From positions 2,232,001-2,296,000 of the forward strand of contig CM082590.2 in the NCBI GenBank assembly GCA_040954595.2: DNA of 64,000 nt. Reading direction: 5' to 3'. Below, piece after piece: positions 36,201-50,850 of the stretch; within the stretch, counting starts at the first letter, position 1; each line of letters begins with the position of its first letter. The position numbers were made by a program, and so were the translations under genes. The stretch is from Balanoglossus misakiensis (taxonomy: Eukaryota > Animalia > Hemichordata). A model generated the notes under the pieces. That model searched no databases. It was not told where the DNA came from and was given only the letters and a program-made list of their open reading frames with translations.

Positions 36201-39200
36201 ATTTTAAACCCCGGTGTCAAAGTTTAGTGATTGCATCATCATTGACCCTGGTGCATCATCAAGCATTCTTCAGAATTTGCCCTGATGCAAAGAATCAGAT
36301 TCAATATCACCCTTGCATTAGCAATTTTAAATTACAGTGCTTTTGGACATGTATTAACCTGGGGATTTACAGTCAACATTAAATACCCATGCATAGGCAT
36401 TAAATACCTATGTCACAATGCATAGCTTGCATCACCATCTACTCTGATGCACCATTATGCTCGCTACGCCATTTCCCCTAATGCAAAGAATGACATTCAA
36501 TGTCACCATTGCATTTGCAATTGTAAATTACAGTGCTTTTGGCCATGTATTAACCTAGGGATTTTCAATCAACTTTAAATCCCCATATGCGTTATATTCC
36601 ATTGTCAATGTGAAGGGCTTGAAACACCATCTGTCCTGATGCATCATCAAGCTTGCTTCACAATTTACCCCGATGGAAAGAATCAGATTTAATGTCATGG
36701 TAGCATTAGCAACGTCAAACTACAGTGCTTATGGCCACGTATCAACTTGGGGATTTACAATCAACTTTAAATCCCCATATGCGTTATATTCCAATGTCAA
36801 TGTGAAGGGCTTGAAATACCATCTACCCTGATGCATCATCAAGTTTGTTTTGACAACTTTAAATCCCCCTCAGCATGCATTTAATCCCCATGTCAAAGTG
36901 CAGAGCTTGCATCACCATCTATCCTGATGCATCATCAAGCTGCTTCGCCATTTGCCCTGATGCAAAGAATCAGATATAGTGTCACCATTGCATAAGCAAT
37001 GTCAAATTATAGTGCTTTTGGACACGTATTAACACAGGGATTTATAATCTATTTGAAATCCCTATATGCTTTTTATACCCATGTCTAAGCGAAGTGTTTG
37101 CATCACTATCTACTGTGATGCATCGTCAAGCATGCTTCGCCATTTGCCTTAATGCAAAGAATCAGATTAAATGTCACTGTTGCATTCGCAATGTCAAATT
37201 ACTGTGCTTTTGGCCACGTATTAACCTGGCGATTTACAGTCAACTTTAAACATCTGTGCATATGCATTAAATACGCATGTCAAAGTGCAGTGTCTCCATC
37301 ACCATTGATCCTGATGCATCACCAAGCATGCTTCGCTATATGCCCTGATGCAAAGAATCAGATTTAGTATCACAGTAGCATTAGCCATGTCAAATTACAG
37401 TGCTTTTGGCTATGTATTAACCTGGGGATTTACAATCAACTTTAAATCCCCATATGCATTATATTCCAATGTCAATGTGAAGGGCTTGAAATACCATCTA
37501 CCCTGATGCATCATCAAGTTTGTTTCGCCATTAACCCTGATGCAAATAATCAGTGTCACCATAGCATCAGCAATGTCAAATTACTGAGCATTTGGCCATG
37601 TATTAACTTGCGGGTTTACAATCAACTTTAAATCCCCATATGCATTATATTGCAATGTTAACTTGAACGGCTTGAAACACCATCTATACTGATGCATCAT
37701 CAAGCTTTCTTCACAATTTACCCTGATGCAAAGAATCAGATTTAGTGTCGCCATAGCATTAGCAATGGCAAATAAAAGTGCTTTCGGCCACATATTAACC
37801 CAGGGATTTATAATCAACTTGAAATCCCTATATGAATTTTATACCTATGTCAAAGCGAAGTGCTTGCATCAATATCTACCGTGATGCATCATCAAGCTTG
37901 CTTCGCCATTTGCCCTAATGCAAAGAATCAGATTCAATGTCACTGTTGCATTAGCAATGTCAAATTATAGTGCGTTTGGCCGTATACTAACCTGGGGATT
38001 TACAATCAACTTTAAATCCCCATATGCATTATATTCTAATATCAATGTGAAGGGCTTGAAACACCATCTATCATGATGCATCATCAAGCTTGCTTCACCA
38101 TTTTCCCTGATGCAAAAAATCAGATTTAGTGTCATGGTAGCATTAGCAAATCCCCATATGCATTTGATACCCATGTCAAAGTGAAGTGTTTGCATCACTA
38201 TCTACCGTGATGCATCATCAAGCTTGCATCGCCATTCACCCTTATGCAAAGAATCAGATTCAATGTCACCGTTGCATTAGCAATGTCAAATTACAGTGCT
38301 TATGGCCACGTATTAACCTGAGGATTTACAGTCAACATTAAATACCCATGCATATCCATTAAATACCTATGTCAAAGTGCAGAGCTTGCATCACCATTTA
38401 CTCTGATGCACCATTAGGCTTGCTACGCCATTTCCCCTAATGCAAAGAATCACATTCAATGTCACCATTGCATTAGCAATTTTAAATTACAGTGTTTTTG
38501 GCCATGTATTAACCTATGGATTTGCAATTAACTTTAAATCCCCATATGCGTTATATTCCAATGTCAAGTGAAGGGCTTGAAACACCATCTATCCTGATGC
38601 ATCATCAAGCTTGCTTCACAATTTACCCTGATGCAAAAAATCACATTCAGCGTCACCATTTCATTAGCAATGTCAAATTACAGTGCTTATTGCCACGTAT
38701 TAACCTGGGAATTTACAGACAACTTTAAATACCCATGCATATACATTAAATACCTATGTCAAAGTGCAGAGCTTGCATCACCATTTACTCTGATGCACCA
38801 TTAGGCTTGCTACGCCATTTCCCCTAATGCAAAGAATCACATTCAATGTCACCATTGCATTAGCAATTTTAAATTACAGTGTTTTTGGCCATGTATTAAC
38901 CTATGGATTTGCAATTAACTTTAAATCCCCATATGCGTTATATTCCAATGTCAAGTGAAGGGCTTGAAACACCATCTATCCTGATGCATCATCAAGCTTG
39001 CTTCACAATTTACCCTGATGCAAAAAATCACATTCAGCGTCACCATTTCATTAGCAATGTCAAATTACAGTGCTTATTGCCACGTATTAACCTGGGAATT
39101 TACAGACAACTTTAAATACCCATGCATATACATTAAATACCTATGTCAAAGTGCAGTGCTTGTATCACCATCTACTCTGATGCATCATTAGGTTTGCATC

Positions 39201-42200
39201 GCCATTCCCCCTAATGCAAAGAATCAGATTCAATGTCACCCTTGCATTAGCAATTTTAAATTACAGTGCTTTTGGACATGTATTAACCTAGGGATTTTCA
39301 ATCAACTTTAAATCCCCATATGCGTTATATTCCATTGTCAATGTGAAGGGCTTGAAACACCATCTGTCCTGATGCATCATCAAGCTTGCTTCACAATTTA
39401 CCCCGATGGAAAGAATCAGATTTAATGTCACGGTAGCATTAGCAATGTCAAACTACAGTGCTTATGGCCACGTATCAACCTGGGGATTTACAATCAACTT
39501 TAAATCCCCATATGCGTTATATTCCAATGTCAATGTGAAGGGCTTGAAATACCATCTACCCTGATCCATCATCAAGCTGCTTCCCAATTTGCCCTGATGC
39601 AAAGAATCAGATATAGTGTCAACATCGCATTAGCAATGTCAAATTACAGTGCTTTTGGACACGTATTAACACAGGGATTTATAATCTACTTGAAATCCCT
39701 ATATGCTTTTTATACCCATGTCTAAGCGAAGTGTTTGCATCACTATCTACTGTGATGCATCATCAAGCATGCTTCGCCATTTACGCTGATGCAAAGAATC
39801 AGATTCAATGTCACCATTGCATTAGCAATGTCAAATTACAGTGCTTTTGGACACGTATTAACACAGGGATTTATAATCTACTTGAAATCCCCATATGCTT
39901 TTTATACCCATGTCAAAGCGAAGTGTTTGCATCACTATCTACAGTAATGCATCGTCAAGCATGCTTCGCCATTTGCCCTAATGCAAAGAATCACATTAAA
40001 TGTCACTGTTGCATTCGCAATGTCAAATTACTGTGCTTTTGGCCACGTATTAACCTGGCGATTTACAGTCAACTTTAAATCCCCATATGCATTATATTCC
40101 AATGTCAATGTGAAGGGCTTGAAAAACCATCTACCCTGATGCATCATCAAGTTTGTTTCGCCATTAACCCTGATGCAAATAATCAGTGTCACCATAGCAT
40201 TAGCAATGGCAAATAAAAGTGCTTTCGGCCACATATTAACCCAGGGATTTATAATCAACTTGAAATCCCCATATGAATTTTATACCTATGTCAAAGCGAA
40301 GTGCTTGCATCAATATCTACCGTGATGCATCATCAAGCTTGCTTCGCCATTTGCCCTAATGCAAAGAATCAGATTCAATGTCACCCTTGCATTAGCAATG
40401 TCAAATTACAGTTTGTTTGGCCGTATACTAACCTGGGGATTTACAATCAACTTTAAATCCCCATATGCATTATATTCTAATGTCAATGTGAAGGGCTTGA
40501 AACACCATCTATCCTGATGCATCATCAAGCTTGCTTCACCATTTTCCCTGATGCAAAGAATCAGATTTAGTATCACGGTAGCATTAGCAATGTCAAATTA
40601 CAGTGCCTATGGCCACGTATTAACCTCGGGATGTACGGACAACTTTAAATACCCTTACATATACATTTAATACCTATGTCAAAATGCAGAGCTTGCATCA
40701 CCATATACTCCAATGCATTATTAAGCTTGCTTCGCCATTTTCCCTGATGCAAAGAATCAGATTAAATGTCACCGTTGTATTAGCAATGTCAAATTAAAGT
40801 GCTTTTGGACTTGTATTAACCCAGGGATTTACAGTCAACTTTTAATCCCCCTGTATACATTTTAAACCCCTGTGTCAAAGTTTAGTGATTGCATCACCAT
40901 TGACCCTGGTGCATCATCAAGCATTCTTCAGAATTTGCCCTGATGCAAAGAATCAGATTCAATGTCACCCTTGCATTAGCAATTTTAAATTACAGTGCTT
41001 TTGGACATGTATTAACCTAGGGATTTACAGTCAACATTAAATACCCATGCACATGCATTAAATACCTATGTCAAAATGCATAGCTTGCATCACCATCTAC
41101 TCCAATGCATCATTAAGCTTGCTTAGCCATTTCCCTTAATGCAAAGAATTACATTCAATGTCACCATTTCATTAGCAATGTCAAATTACAGTGCTTTTGG
41201 ATGCGTATTAACCCAAGGATTTGTAATCAACTTGAAATCCCCATATGCATTTAATACCCATGTCAAAGTGAACTGTTTGCATCACTATCTACCGTGATGC
41301 ATCATCAAGCCTGCATCGCCATTTACCCTTATGCATAGAATCAGATTCAATGTCACTGTTGCATTAGCAATGTCAAATAAAAGTGCTTTTGGCCATTATT
41401 AACCTAGGGATTTACAATCAACTTTAAATCCCCATATGCATTATATTCAAAAGTCAATGTGAAGGGCTTGGAACACCATCTATCCTGATGCATCATCACG
41501 TTTGCTTCACCATTTATCCATATTCAATGTCACCCTTGCATTAGTAATTTTAAATTACAGTGCTTTTGGCCATGTATTAACCTCGGGATTTAGAGTCAAC
41601 TTTAAATATCAATGCGCATGCATTAAATACCCATGTCAAAGTGAAGTGTTTGCATCACTATCTACTGAGATGCATCATCAAGCTTGCATCGCCATTTACC
41701 CTGATGCAAAGACTCAGATTCAATATCATCGTTGCATTAGCAATGTCAAATTACAGTGCTTATGGCCACGTTTTAACCTGAGGATTTACAGTCAACATTA
41801 AATACCCATGCATATGCATTAAATACCTATGTCAAAGTGCAGAGCTTGCATCACCATCTACTCTGATGCACCATTAGGCTTGCTACGCCATTTCCCCTAA
41901 TGCAAAGAATCACATTCAATGTCACCATTGCATTAGCAATTTTAAATTACAGTGCTTTTGGCCATGTATTAACCTGGGGATTTACAATCAACTTTAAATC
42001 CCCATATGCGTTATATTCCAATGTCAATGTGAAGGGCTTGAAACACCATCTATCATGATACATCATCAAGCTTGCTTCACAATTTACCCTGATGCAAAGA
42101 ATCAGATTTAGTATCACGGTAGCATTAGCAATGTCAAATTACAGTGATTATGGCCACGTATTAACCTGGGGATTTACAGACAACTTTAAATACCCATGCA

Positions 42201-45200
42201 TATACATTTAATACCTATGTCAAAATGCAGAGCTTGCATCACCATATACTCCGATGCATTATTAAGCTTGCTTCACCATTTGCCCTGATGCAAAGAATCA
42301 GTTTAAATGTCACCGTTGTATTATCAATGTCAAATTACGGTGCTTTTGGACTTGTATTAACCTGGGGATTTACAGTCAACTTTTAATCCCCCTGTATACA
42401 TTTTAAACCCCGGTGTCAAAGTTTAGTGATTGCATCACCATTGACCCTGGTGCATCATCAAGCATTCTTCAGAATTTGCCCTGATGCAAAGAATCAGATT
42501 CAATATCACCCTTGCATTAGCAATTTTAAATTACAGTGCTTTTGGACATGTATTAACCTGGGGATTTACAGTCAACATTAAATACCCATGCATAGGCATT
42601 AAATACCTATGTCACAATGCATAGCTTACATCACCATCTACTCTGATGCACCATTATGCTCGCTACGCCATTTCCCCTAATGCAAAGAATGACATTCAAT
42701 GTCACCATTGCATTTGCAATTGTAAATTACAGTGCTTTTGGCCATGTATTAACCTAGGGATTTTCAATCAACTTTAAATCCCCATATGCGTTATATTCCA
42801 TTGTCAATGTGAAGGGCTTGAAACACCATCTGTCCTGATGCATCATCAAGCTTGCTTCACAATTTACCCCGATGGAAAGAATCAGATTTAATGTCATGGT
42901 AGCATTAGCAATGTCAAACTACAGTGCTTATGGCCACGTATCAACCTGGGGATTTACAATCAACTTTAAATCCCCATATGCGTTATATTCCAATGTCAAT
43001 GTGAAGGGCTTGAAATACCATCTACCCTGATGCATCATCAAGTTTGTTTTGACAACTTTAAATCCCCCTCAGCATGCATTTAATCCCCATGTCAAAGTGC
43101 AGAGCTTGCATCACCATCTATCCTGATGCATCATCAAGCTGCTTCGCCATTTGCCCTGATGCAAAGAATCAGATATAGTGTCACCATTGCATAAGCAATG
43201 TCAAATTACAGTGCTTTTGGACAAGTATTAACACAGGGATTTATAATCTATTTGAAATCCCTATATGCTTTTTATACCCATGTCTAAGCGAAGTGTTTGC
43301 ATCACTATCTACTGTGATGCATCGTCAAGCATGCTCCGCCATTTGCCTTAATGCAAAGAATCAGATTAAATGTCACTGTTGCATTCGCAATGTCAAATTA
43401 CTGTGCTTTTGGCCACGTATTAACCTGGCGATTTACAGTCAACTTTAAACATCTGTGCATATGCATTAAATACGCATGTCAAAGTGCAGTGTCTCCATCA
43501 CCATTGATCCTGATGCATCACCAAGCATGCTTCGCTATATGCCCTGATGCAAAGAATCAGATTTAGTATCACAGTAGCATTAGCCATGTCAAATTACAGT
43601 GCTTTTGGCTATGTATTAACCTGGGGATTTACAATCAACTTTAAATCCCCATATGCATTATATTCCAATGTCAATGTGAAGGGCTTGAAATACCATCTAC
43701 CCTGATGCATCATCAAGTTTGTTTCGCCATTAACCCTGACATTGCGAATCAGTGTCACCATAGCATCAGCAATGTCAAATTACTGAGCATTTGGCCATGT
43801 ATTAACTTGCGGGTTTACAATCAACTTCAAATCCCCATATGCATTATATTGCAATGTTAACTTGAACGGCTTGAAACACCATCTATACTGATGCATCATC
43901 AAGCTTTCTTCACAATTTACCCTGATGCAAAGAATCAGATTTAGTGTCGCCATAGCATTAGCAATGGCAAATAAAAGTGCTTTCGGCCACATATTAACCC
44001 AGGGATTTATAATCAACTTGAAATCCCTATATGAATTTTATACCTATGTCAAAGCGAAGTGCTTGCATCAATATCTACCGTGATGCATCATCAAGCTTGC
44101 TTCGCCATTTGCCCTAATGCAAAGAATCAGATTCAATGTCACTGTTGCATTAGCAATGTCAAATTATAGTGCGTTTGGCCGTATACTAACCTGGGGATTT
44201 ACAATCAACTTTAAATCCCCATATGCATTATATTCTAATGTCAATGTGAAGGGCTTGAAACACCATCTATCATGATGCATCATCAAGCTTGCTTCACCAT
44301 TTTCCCTGATTCAAAAAATCAGATTTAGTGTCATGGTAGCATTAGCAAATCCCTATATGCATTTGATACCCATGTCAAAGTGAAGTGTTTGCATCACTAT
44401 CTACCGTGATGCATCATCAAGCTTGCATCGCCATTCACCCTTATGCAAAGAATCAGATTCAATGTCACCGTTGCATTAGCAATGTCAAATTACAGTGCTT
44501 ATGGCCACGTATTAACCTGAGGATTTACAGTCAACATTAAATACCCATGCATATCCATTAAATACCTATGTCAATGTGCAGAGCTTGCATCACCATTTAC
44601 TCTGATGCACCATTAGGCTTGCTACGCCATTTCCCCTAATGCAAAGAATCACATTCAATGTCACCATTGCATTAGCAATTTTAAATTACAGTGTTTTTGG
44701 CCATGTATTAACCTATGGATTTGCAATTAACTTTAAATCCCCATATGCGTTATATTCCAATGTCAAGTGAAGGGCTTGAAACACCATCTATCCTGATGCA
44801 TCATCAAGCTTGCTTCACAATTTACCCTGATGCAAAAAATCACATTCAGCGTCACCATTTCATTAGCAATGTCAAATTACAGTGCTTATTGCCACGTATT
44901 AACCTGGGAATTTACAGACAACTTTAAATACCCATGCATATACATTAAATACCTATGTCAAAGTGCAGAGCTTGCATCACCATCTACTCTGATGCATCAT
45001 TAGGTTTGCATCGCCATTCCCCATAATGCAAAGAATCAGATTCAATGTCACCCTTGCATTAGCAATTTTAAATTACAGTGCTTTTGGACATATATTAACC
45101 TGGGGATTTACAGTCGACATTAAATACCCATGCATATGCATTAAATATCTATGTCAAAGTGCAGAGCTTGCATCACCATCTACTCTGATGTACCATTATG

Positions 45201-48200
45201 CTTGCTACGCCATTTCCCCTAATGCAAAGAATGACATTCAATGTCACCATTGCATTTGCAATTTTAAATTACAGTGCTTTTGGCCATGTATTAACCTAGG
45301 GATTTTCAATCAACTTTAAATCCCCATATGCGTTATATTCCATTGTCAATGTGAAGGGCTTGAAACACCATCTGTCCTGATGCATCATCAAGCTTGCTTC
45401 ACAATTTACCCCGATGGAAAGAATCAGATTTAATGTCACGGTAGCATTAGCAATGTCAAACTACAGTGCTTATGGCCACGTATCAACCTGGGGATTTACA
45501 ATCAATTTTAAATCCCCATATGCGTTATATTCCAATGTCAATGTGAAGGGCTTGAAATACCTTCTACCCTGATGCATCATCAAGTTTGTTTTGACAACTT
45601 TAAATCCCCCTCAGCATGCATTTAATCCTCATGTCAAAGTGCAGAGCTTGCATCACCATCTATCCTGATGCATCATCAAGCTGCTACGCCATTAACCCTG
45701 ATGCAAATAATCAGTGTCACCATAGCATTAGCAATGGCAAATAAAAGTGCTTTCGGCCACATATTAAACCAGGGATTTATAATCAACTTGAAATCCCCAT
45801 ATGAATTATATACCTATGTCAAAGCGAAGTGCTTGCATCAATATCTACCGTGATGCATCATCAAGCTTGCTTCGCCATTTGCCCTAATGCAAAGAATCAG
45901 ATTCAATGTCACTGTAGCATTAGCAATGTCAAATTACAGTGCTTTTGGCCATACAATCAACTTTAAATCCCCATGTGCGTTATATTCCAATGTCAATGTG
46001 AAGGGCTTGAAACACCATCTATCATGATACATCATCAAGCTTGCTTCACAATTTACCCTGATGCAAAGAATCAGATTTAGTATCACGGTAGCATTAGCAA
46101 TGTCAAATTACAATGATTATGGCCACGTATTAACCTGGGGATTTACAGACAACTTTAAATACCCATGCATATACATTTAATACCTATGTCAAAATGCAGA
46201 GCTTGCATCACCATATACTCCGATGCATCATTAAGCTTGCTTCACCATTTGCCCTGATGCAATGAATCAGATTAAATGTCACCGTTGTATTATCAATGTC
46301 AAATTACGGTGCTTTTGGACTTGTATTAACTCAGGGATTTACAGTAAACTTTTAATCCCCCTGTATACATTTTAAACCCTGGTGTCAAAGTTTAGTGATT
46401 GCATCACCATTGACCCCGGTGCATCATCAAGCATTCTTCAGAATTTGCCCTGATGCAAAGAATGAGATTCAATATCACCCTTGCATTAGCAATTTTAAAT
46501 TACAGTGCTTTTGGACATGTATTAACCTGGGGATTTACAGTCAACATTAAATACCCATGCACATGCATTAAATACCCATGTCACAATGCATAGCTTGCAT
46601 CACCACCTACACCAATGCATCATTAAGCTTGCTTAGCCATTTCCCCTAATGCAAAGAATTACATTCAATGTCACCATTTCATTAGCAATGTCATATTACA
46701 TTGCTTTTGGACGCGTATTAACCCAGGGATTTGTAATCAACTTGAAATCCCCATATGCATTTAATACCCATGTCAAAGTGAACTGTTTGCATCACTATCT
46801 ACTGTGATACATCATCAAGCCTGTATCGCCATTTACCCTGATGCATAGGATCACATTCAATGTCACCGTTGCATTTGCAATGTCAACTAAAATTTCTTTT
46901 GGCCACGTATTAACCTAGGAATTTACAATCAACTTTAAATCCTCATATGCATAGTATTCCAATATCAATGTGAAGGGCTTGAAACATCATCTATCCTGAT
47001 GCATCATCAAGCTTGCTTCACCATTTTCCCTGATGCAAAGAATCAGATTTAGTATCACGGTAGCATTAGCAATGTCAAATTACAGTGCCTATGGCCACGT
47101 ATTAACCTCGGGATTTACGGACAACTTTAAATACCCATGCATATACATTTAATACCTATGTCAAAGTGCAGAGCTTGCATCACCATTTACTCCGATGCAT
47201 TATTAAGCTTGCTTCACCATTTTCTCTGATGCAAAGAATCAGATTAAATGTCACCGTTGTATTAGCAATGTCAAATTAAAGTGCTTTTGGACTTGTATTA
47301 ACCTGGGGATTTACAGTCAACTTTTAATCCCCCTGTATACATTTTAAACCCCGGTGTAAAAGTTTAGTGATTGCATTACCATTGACCCTGGTGCATCATC
47401 AAGCATTCTTCAGAATTTGCCCTGATGCAAAGAATCAGATTCAATGTCACCCTTGCATTAGCAATTTTAAATTACAGTGCTTTTGGACATGTATTAACCT
47501 AGGGATTTACAGTCAACATTAAATACCCATGCACATGCATTAAATACCTATGTCAAAATGCATAGCTTGCATCACCATCTACTCCAATGCATCATTAAAC
47601 TTTTAGCCATTTCCCCTAATGCAAAGAATTACATTCAATGTCACCATTTCATTAGCAATGTCAAACTACAGTGCTTTTGGGTGCGTATTAACCCAGGGAT
47701 TTGTAATCAACTTGAAATCCCCATATGCATTTAATACCCATGTCAGAGTGAACTGTTTGCATCACTATCTACCGTGATGCATCATCAAGCCTGTATCGCC
47801 ATTTACCCTGATGCATAGAATCAGATTCAATGTCACCGTTGCATTAGCAATGTCAAATAAAAGTGCTTTTGGCCATGTATTAACCTAGGGATTTACAATC
47901 AACTTTAAATCCCCATATGCATTATATTCAAAAGTCAATGTGAAGGGCTTCAAACACCATCTATCCTGATGCATCATCACGTTTGCTTCACCATTTATCC
48001 ATATTCAATGTCACGCTTGCATTAGTAATTTTAAATTACAGTGCTTTTTGCCATGTATTAACCTCGGGATTTAGAGTCAACTTTAAATATCAATGCGCAT
48101 GCATTAAATACCCATGTCAAAGTGAAGTGTTTGCATCACTATCAACCGGGATGCATCATCAAGCTTGCATCGCCATTTACCCTGATGCAAAGAATCAGAT

Positions 48201-48715
48201 TCAATATCATCGTTGCATTAGCAATGTCAAATTACAGTGCTTATGGCCACGTATTAACCTGAGGATATACAATCAACTTTAAATCCCCATATGCGTTATA
48301 TTCCAATGTCAATGTGAAGGGCTTGAAACACCATCTATCATGATGCATCATCAAGCTTGCTTCACAATTTACCCTGATGCAAGAATCAGATTTAGTGTCA
48401 CGGTAGCATTAGCAATGTCAAATTACAGTGCTTTTGGCCACGTATTAACCTGGGGATTTACAGTCAACATTAAATACCCATGCACATGCATTAAATACCT
48501 ATGTCAAAGTGAAGTGTTTGCATCACTATCTACCTGGCTGCATCATCAAGCTTGCATCGCCATTCCCCCTAATGCAAAGAATCAGATTCAATGTCATCGT
48601 TGCATTAGCAATGTCAAATAAAATTGCTTTTGGACACGTATTAACCCAGGGATTTCAGTCAACTTTTAGTATCCCTGTATGCATTTTAAACCCCGGTGTC
48701 AACGTTTAGTGATTA
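30248..48715. repeat. ~194-bp satellite array (~95 monomers) with ~6.2-kb higher-order repeat
   Basis: Monomer ~AATGTCAAATTACAGTGCTTTTGGCCACGTATTAACCTGGGGATTTACAATCAACTTTAAATCCCCATATGC...TGATGCATCATCAAGCTTGC...GCAAAGAATCAGATT...GCATTAGC. Dimer spacing is 387 bp. Matching variant blocks are offset by 6175 and 6199 bp (30977/37152/43351). Confidence 0.97.
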
Positions 48716-49060
48716 ACTTCTTTGCTATTTAAACATTACATTTTGAGTAAAAGGGGTGAAATGGGATTAAAGTTTATAGTGACATATCGAAAAGAATCTA
48801 TTTCAATTCGTTCATTTCTGAAATCATATCGAAAAGAATCTATTTCAATTCGTTCATATCTGAAATATGATAATACGAATATGCATGTTTTATTCGCCAT
48901 ATATGAACACCAATGAAAAGTTATGTTTCCAGCTTAGGTATCGGTGGATTTGAACCACCTGACATCAGAAGACGCCTCCAGAATACCTTTAAATTGGTTG
49001 CATAATTTTCATGTGAATGTTCATAATATAGCGAGTGATTAATCCCTAATTTATTGTTTT

Positions 49061-49098
49061 GGCGGGGGGGGGGGGGGGGGGGGGGGTGGGGGGGGGGG
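49061..49098 (+). repeat. Poly-G run
   Basis: About 36 G with two interruptions. Confidence 0.9.
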
Positions 49099-49488
49099 AA
49101 GTTCAAGTAGCATATCTTGCAGGCCAATTTGAAACAATGTGTCATGTGGTTAAACTGAAAGAAATTAACCAATATAGTTTCAGCTCTTTTTGAAACAAGG
49201 TGTCATTTGGTTGAACAATGGGCCAGTCAAAATAGCATCTGCTAATTATGCACACAATAGTGTGATGGGTTAGTGGGTTAAGTTTACTTTTACCTTAGCG
49301 TTATATAACACACTATCGTGTACATAATCTCGCAGAGCTCATTCACAATTGTTTTAAAATAAAGCAAGATAACTACATGTATGATAACACACATCTAATT
49401 TACGCGCCTAAAGGGCAGTTAAAAAACCTCATACCAATTACAAAAGAGGGAAAAAAAACTGTCCTCTCCTCCTCTCACCCCATGATCT

Positions 49489-50220
49489 AAGCTAAATTTG
49501 GAATTTGGATGGGGTGGGGAGGTTAAGCTAACCTAACATTGTGCTAACATTTTCTGCCTGTCTGTCGCGTACAATGTGTCGATGCGCGAATACAATCACG
49601 GGTACCGTTGCGAGAAATTCCACCGAATAACGATGCTGACGAGTATTATCTATCTGAGAAATAATAGCATGTTATTCATAAAATATACACATTAACCAAT
49701 GAATGAACCAACATGATTATTAGACCTTGGACACTTATTTAACATTTTATCATTATTATACCTCTGTCATCATCATCAATATTAACACCCTTTTTATACT
49801 TAATATCACCATAAGCCATCACCACAATTATTAATCGTTATTATACCCTTGCACAATTGTTACCCTTATTAAACCCCAAACAGTTATTACTATTATTATA
49901 CCCTTCTCATTCATATACCCATTATAACCTGTGTACACAAGCCATCATCATATTATAAACCCGTTATACCTTTATACCACATTTGTTACCCTAATATTAT
50001 TCCCTTCATACAAGCAACCGTTGTTACCCCTTTATAACCTGTGTACACTCAAATTTTACCATAAAACCATCATCACATTTGTAACCCTTTTATTAAACCA
50101 AATTCAAATTTGTTCACCGTTATTATACCATACACATTTCGGAACCTATTATCATACCCTGCACAAAGCCATTGCTGTTAACCTAATTTTAAAACAAGTA
50201 ATCACTACCAATTATTAACC
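49489..50220 (+). repeat. Dispersed direct repeat, copy B of 26326-26960
   Basis: Same anchor motifs as copy A, in the same orientation, with a longer TTATACC-rich tract. Confidence 0.8.
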
Positions 50221-50319
50221 CGATTTATTGGACTATTAAGTTTTATATTACGATCACCTCGTTTTGTACGTCTATATTACTCTATCTTATAATTTTGGTC
50301 AATAGGATATTATGTTGAA

Positions 50320-50850
50320 ACTCCACTTCTCCATTCTTCCACTTCTCCATCCTTTAGGTTGACGCTCCATCCATCCATCCATCAAAGTTTATATTAGTAG
50401 GTTGACTATGGTTGACTCTCCGCTCCATCCTCCCATCAAATTTTACGTTAGTTGGTTGATTATGGTGTTACCAGTGTGCCCTACAGGAAAGAAAAAGAGG
50501 AAAAAACAGAGAAAAAACTCCACTTCTCCATCCTTCCACTTCTCCATCCTTTAAGTTGACGCTCCGCGGCACCATCCATCCATCAAAGTTTATATTTTAG
50601 TAAGTTGACTATGGTTGACGCTCCGCTCCATCCATCCATCAAAGTTTATATTAGTAGGTTGACTATGGTTGACGCTCCGCTCCATTCATCCATCAAAGTT
50701 TATATTAGTAGGTTGACTATGGTTGACGCTCCCCTCCATCCATCCATCAAAGTTTATATTAGTAGGTTGACTATGGTTGACACTCCGCTCCATCCATCCA
50801 TCAAATTTTACGTTAGTAGGTTGATTATGGTGTTACCATTGGGGCCTACA
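50320..50850. repeat. 54-bp minisatellite within a small local duplication
   Basis: GTTGACTATGGTTGACGCTCCGCTCCATCCATCCATCAAAGTTTATATTAGTAG occurs about 4 times at 50580-50830 and once near 50360-50470, followed by a purine-rich tract. Confidence 0.85.

Noticed and set aside
30369-48709. Recurrent His/Cys-rich ORFs as a tandem gene family
   Set aside because: They are translations of a ~194-bp monomer that does not preserve frame, with frequent stops and no consistent splice pattern.
48930-48990. tRNA gene on the - strand (GGTGGTTCAAATCCACC T-arm-like)
   Set aside because: No A box or full cloverleaf could be folded by eye.
49061-49098. Poly-G as a functional G-quadruplex element
   Set aside because: There is no linked gene or other support, and long homopolymers are error-prone in assemblies.
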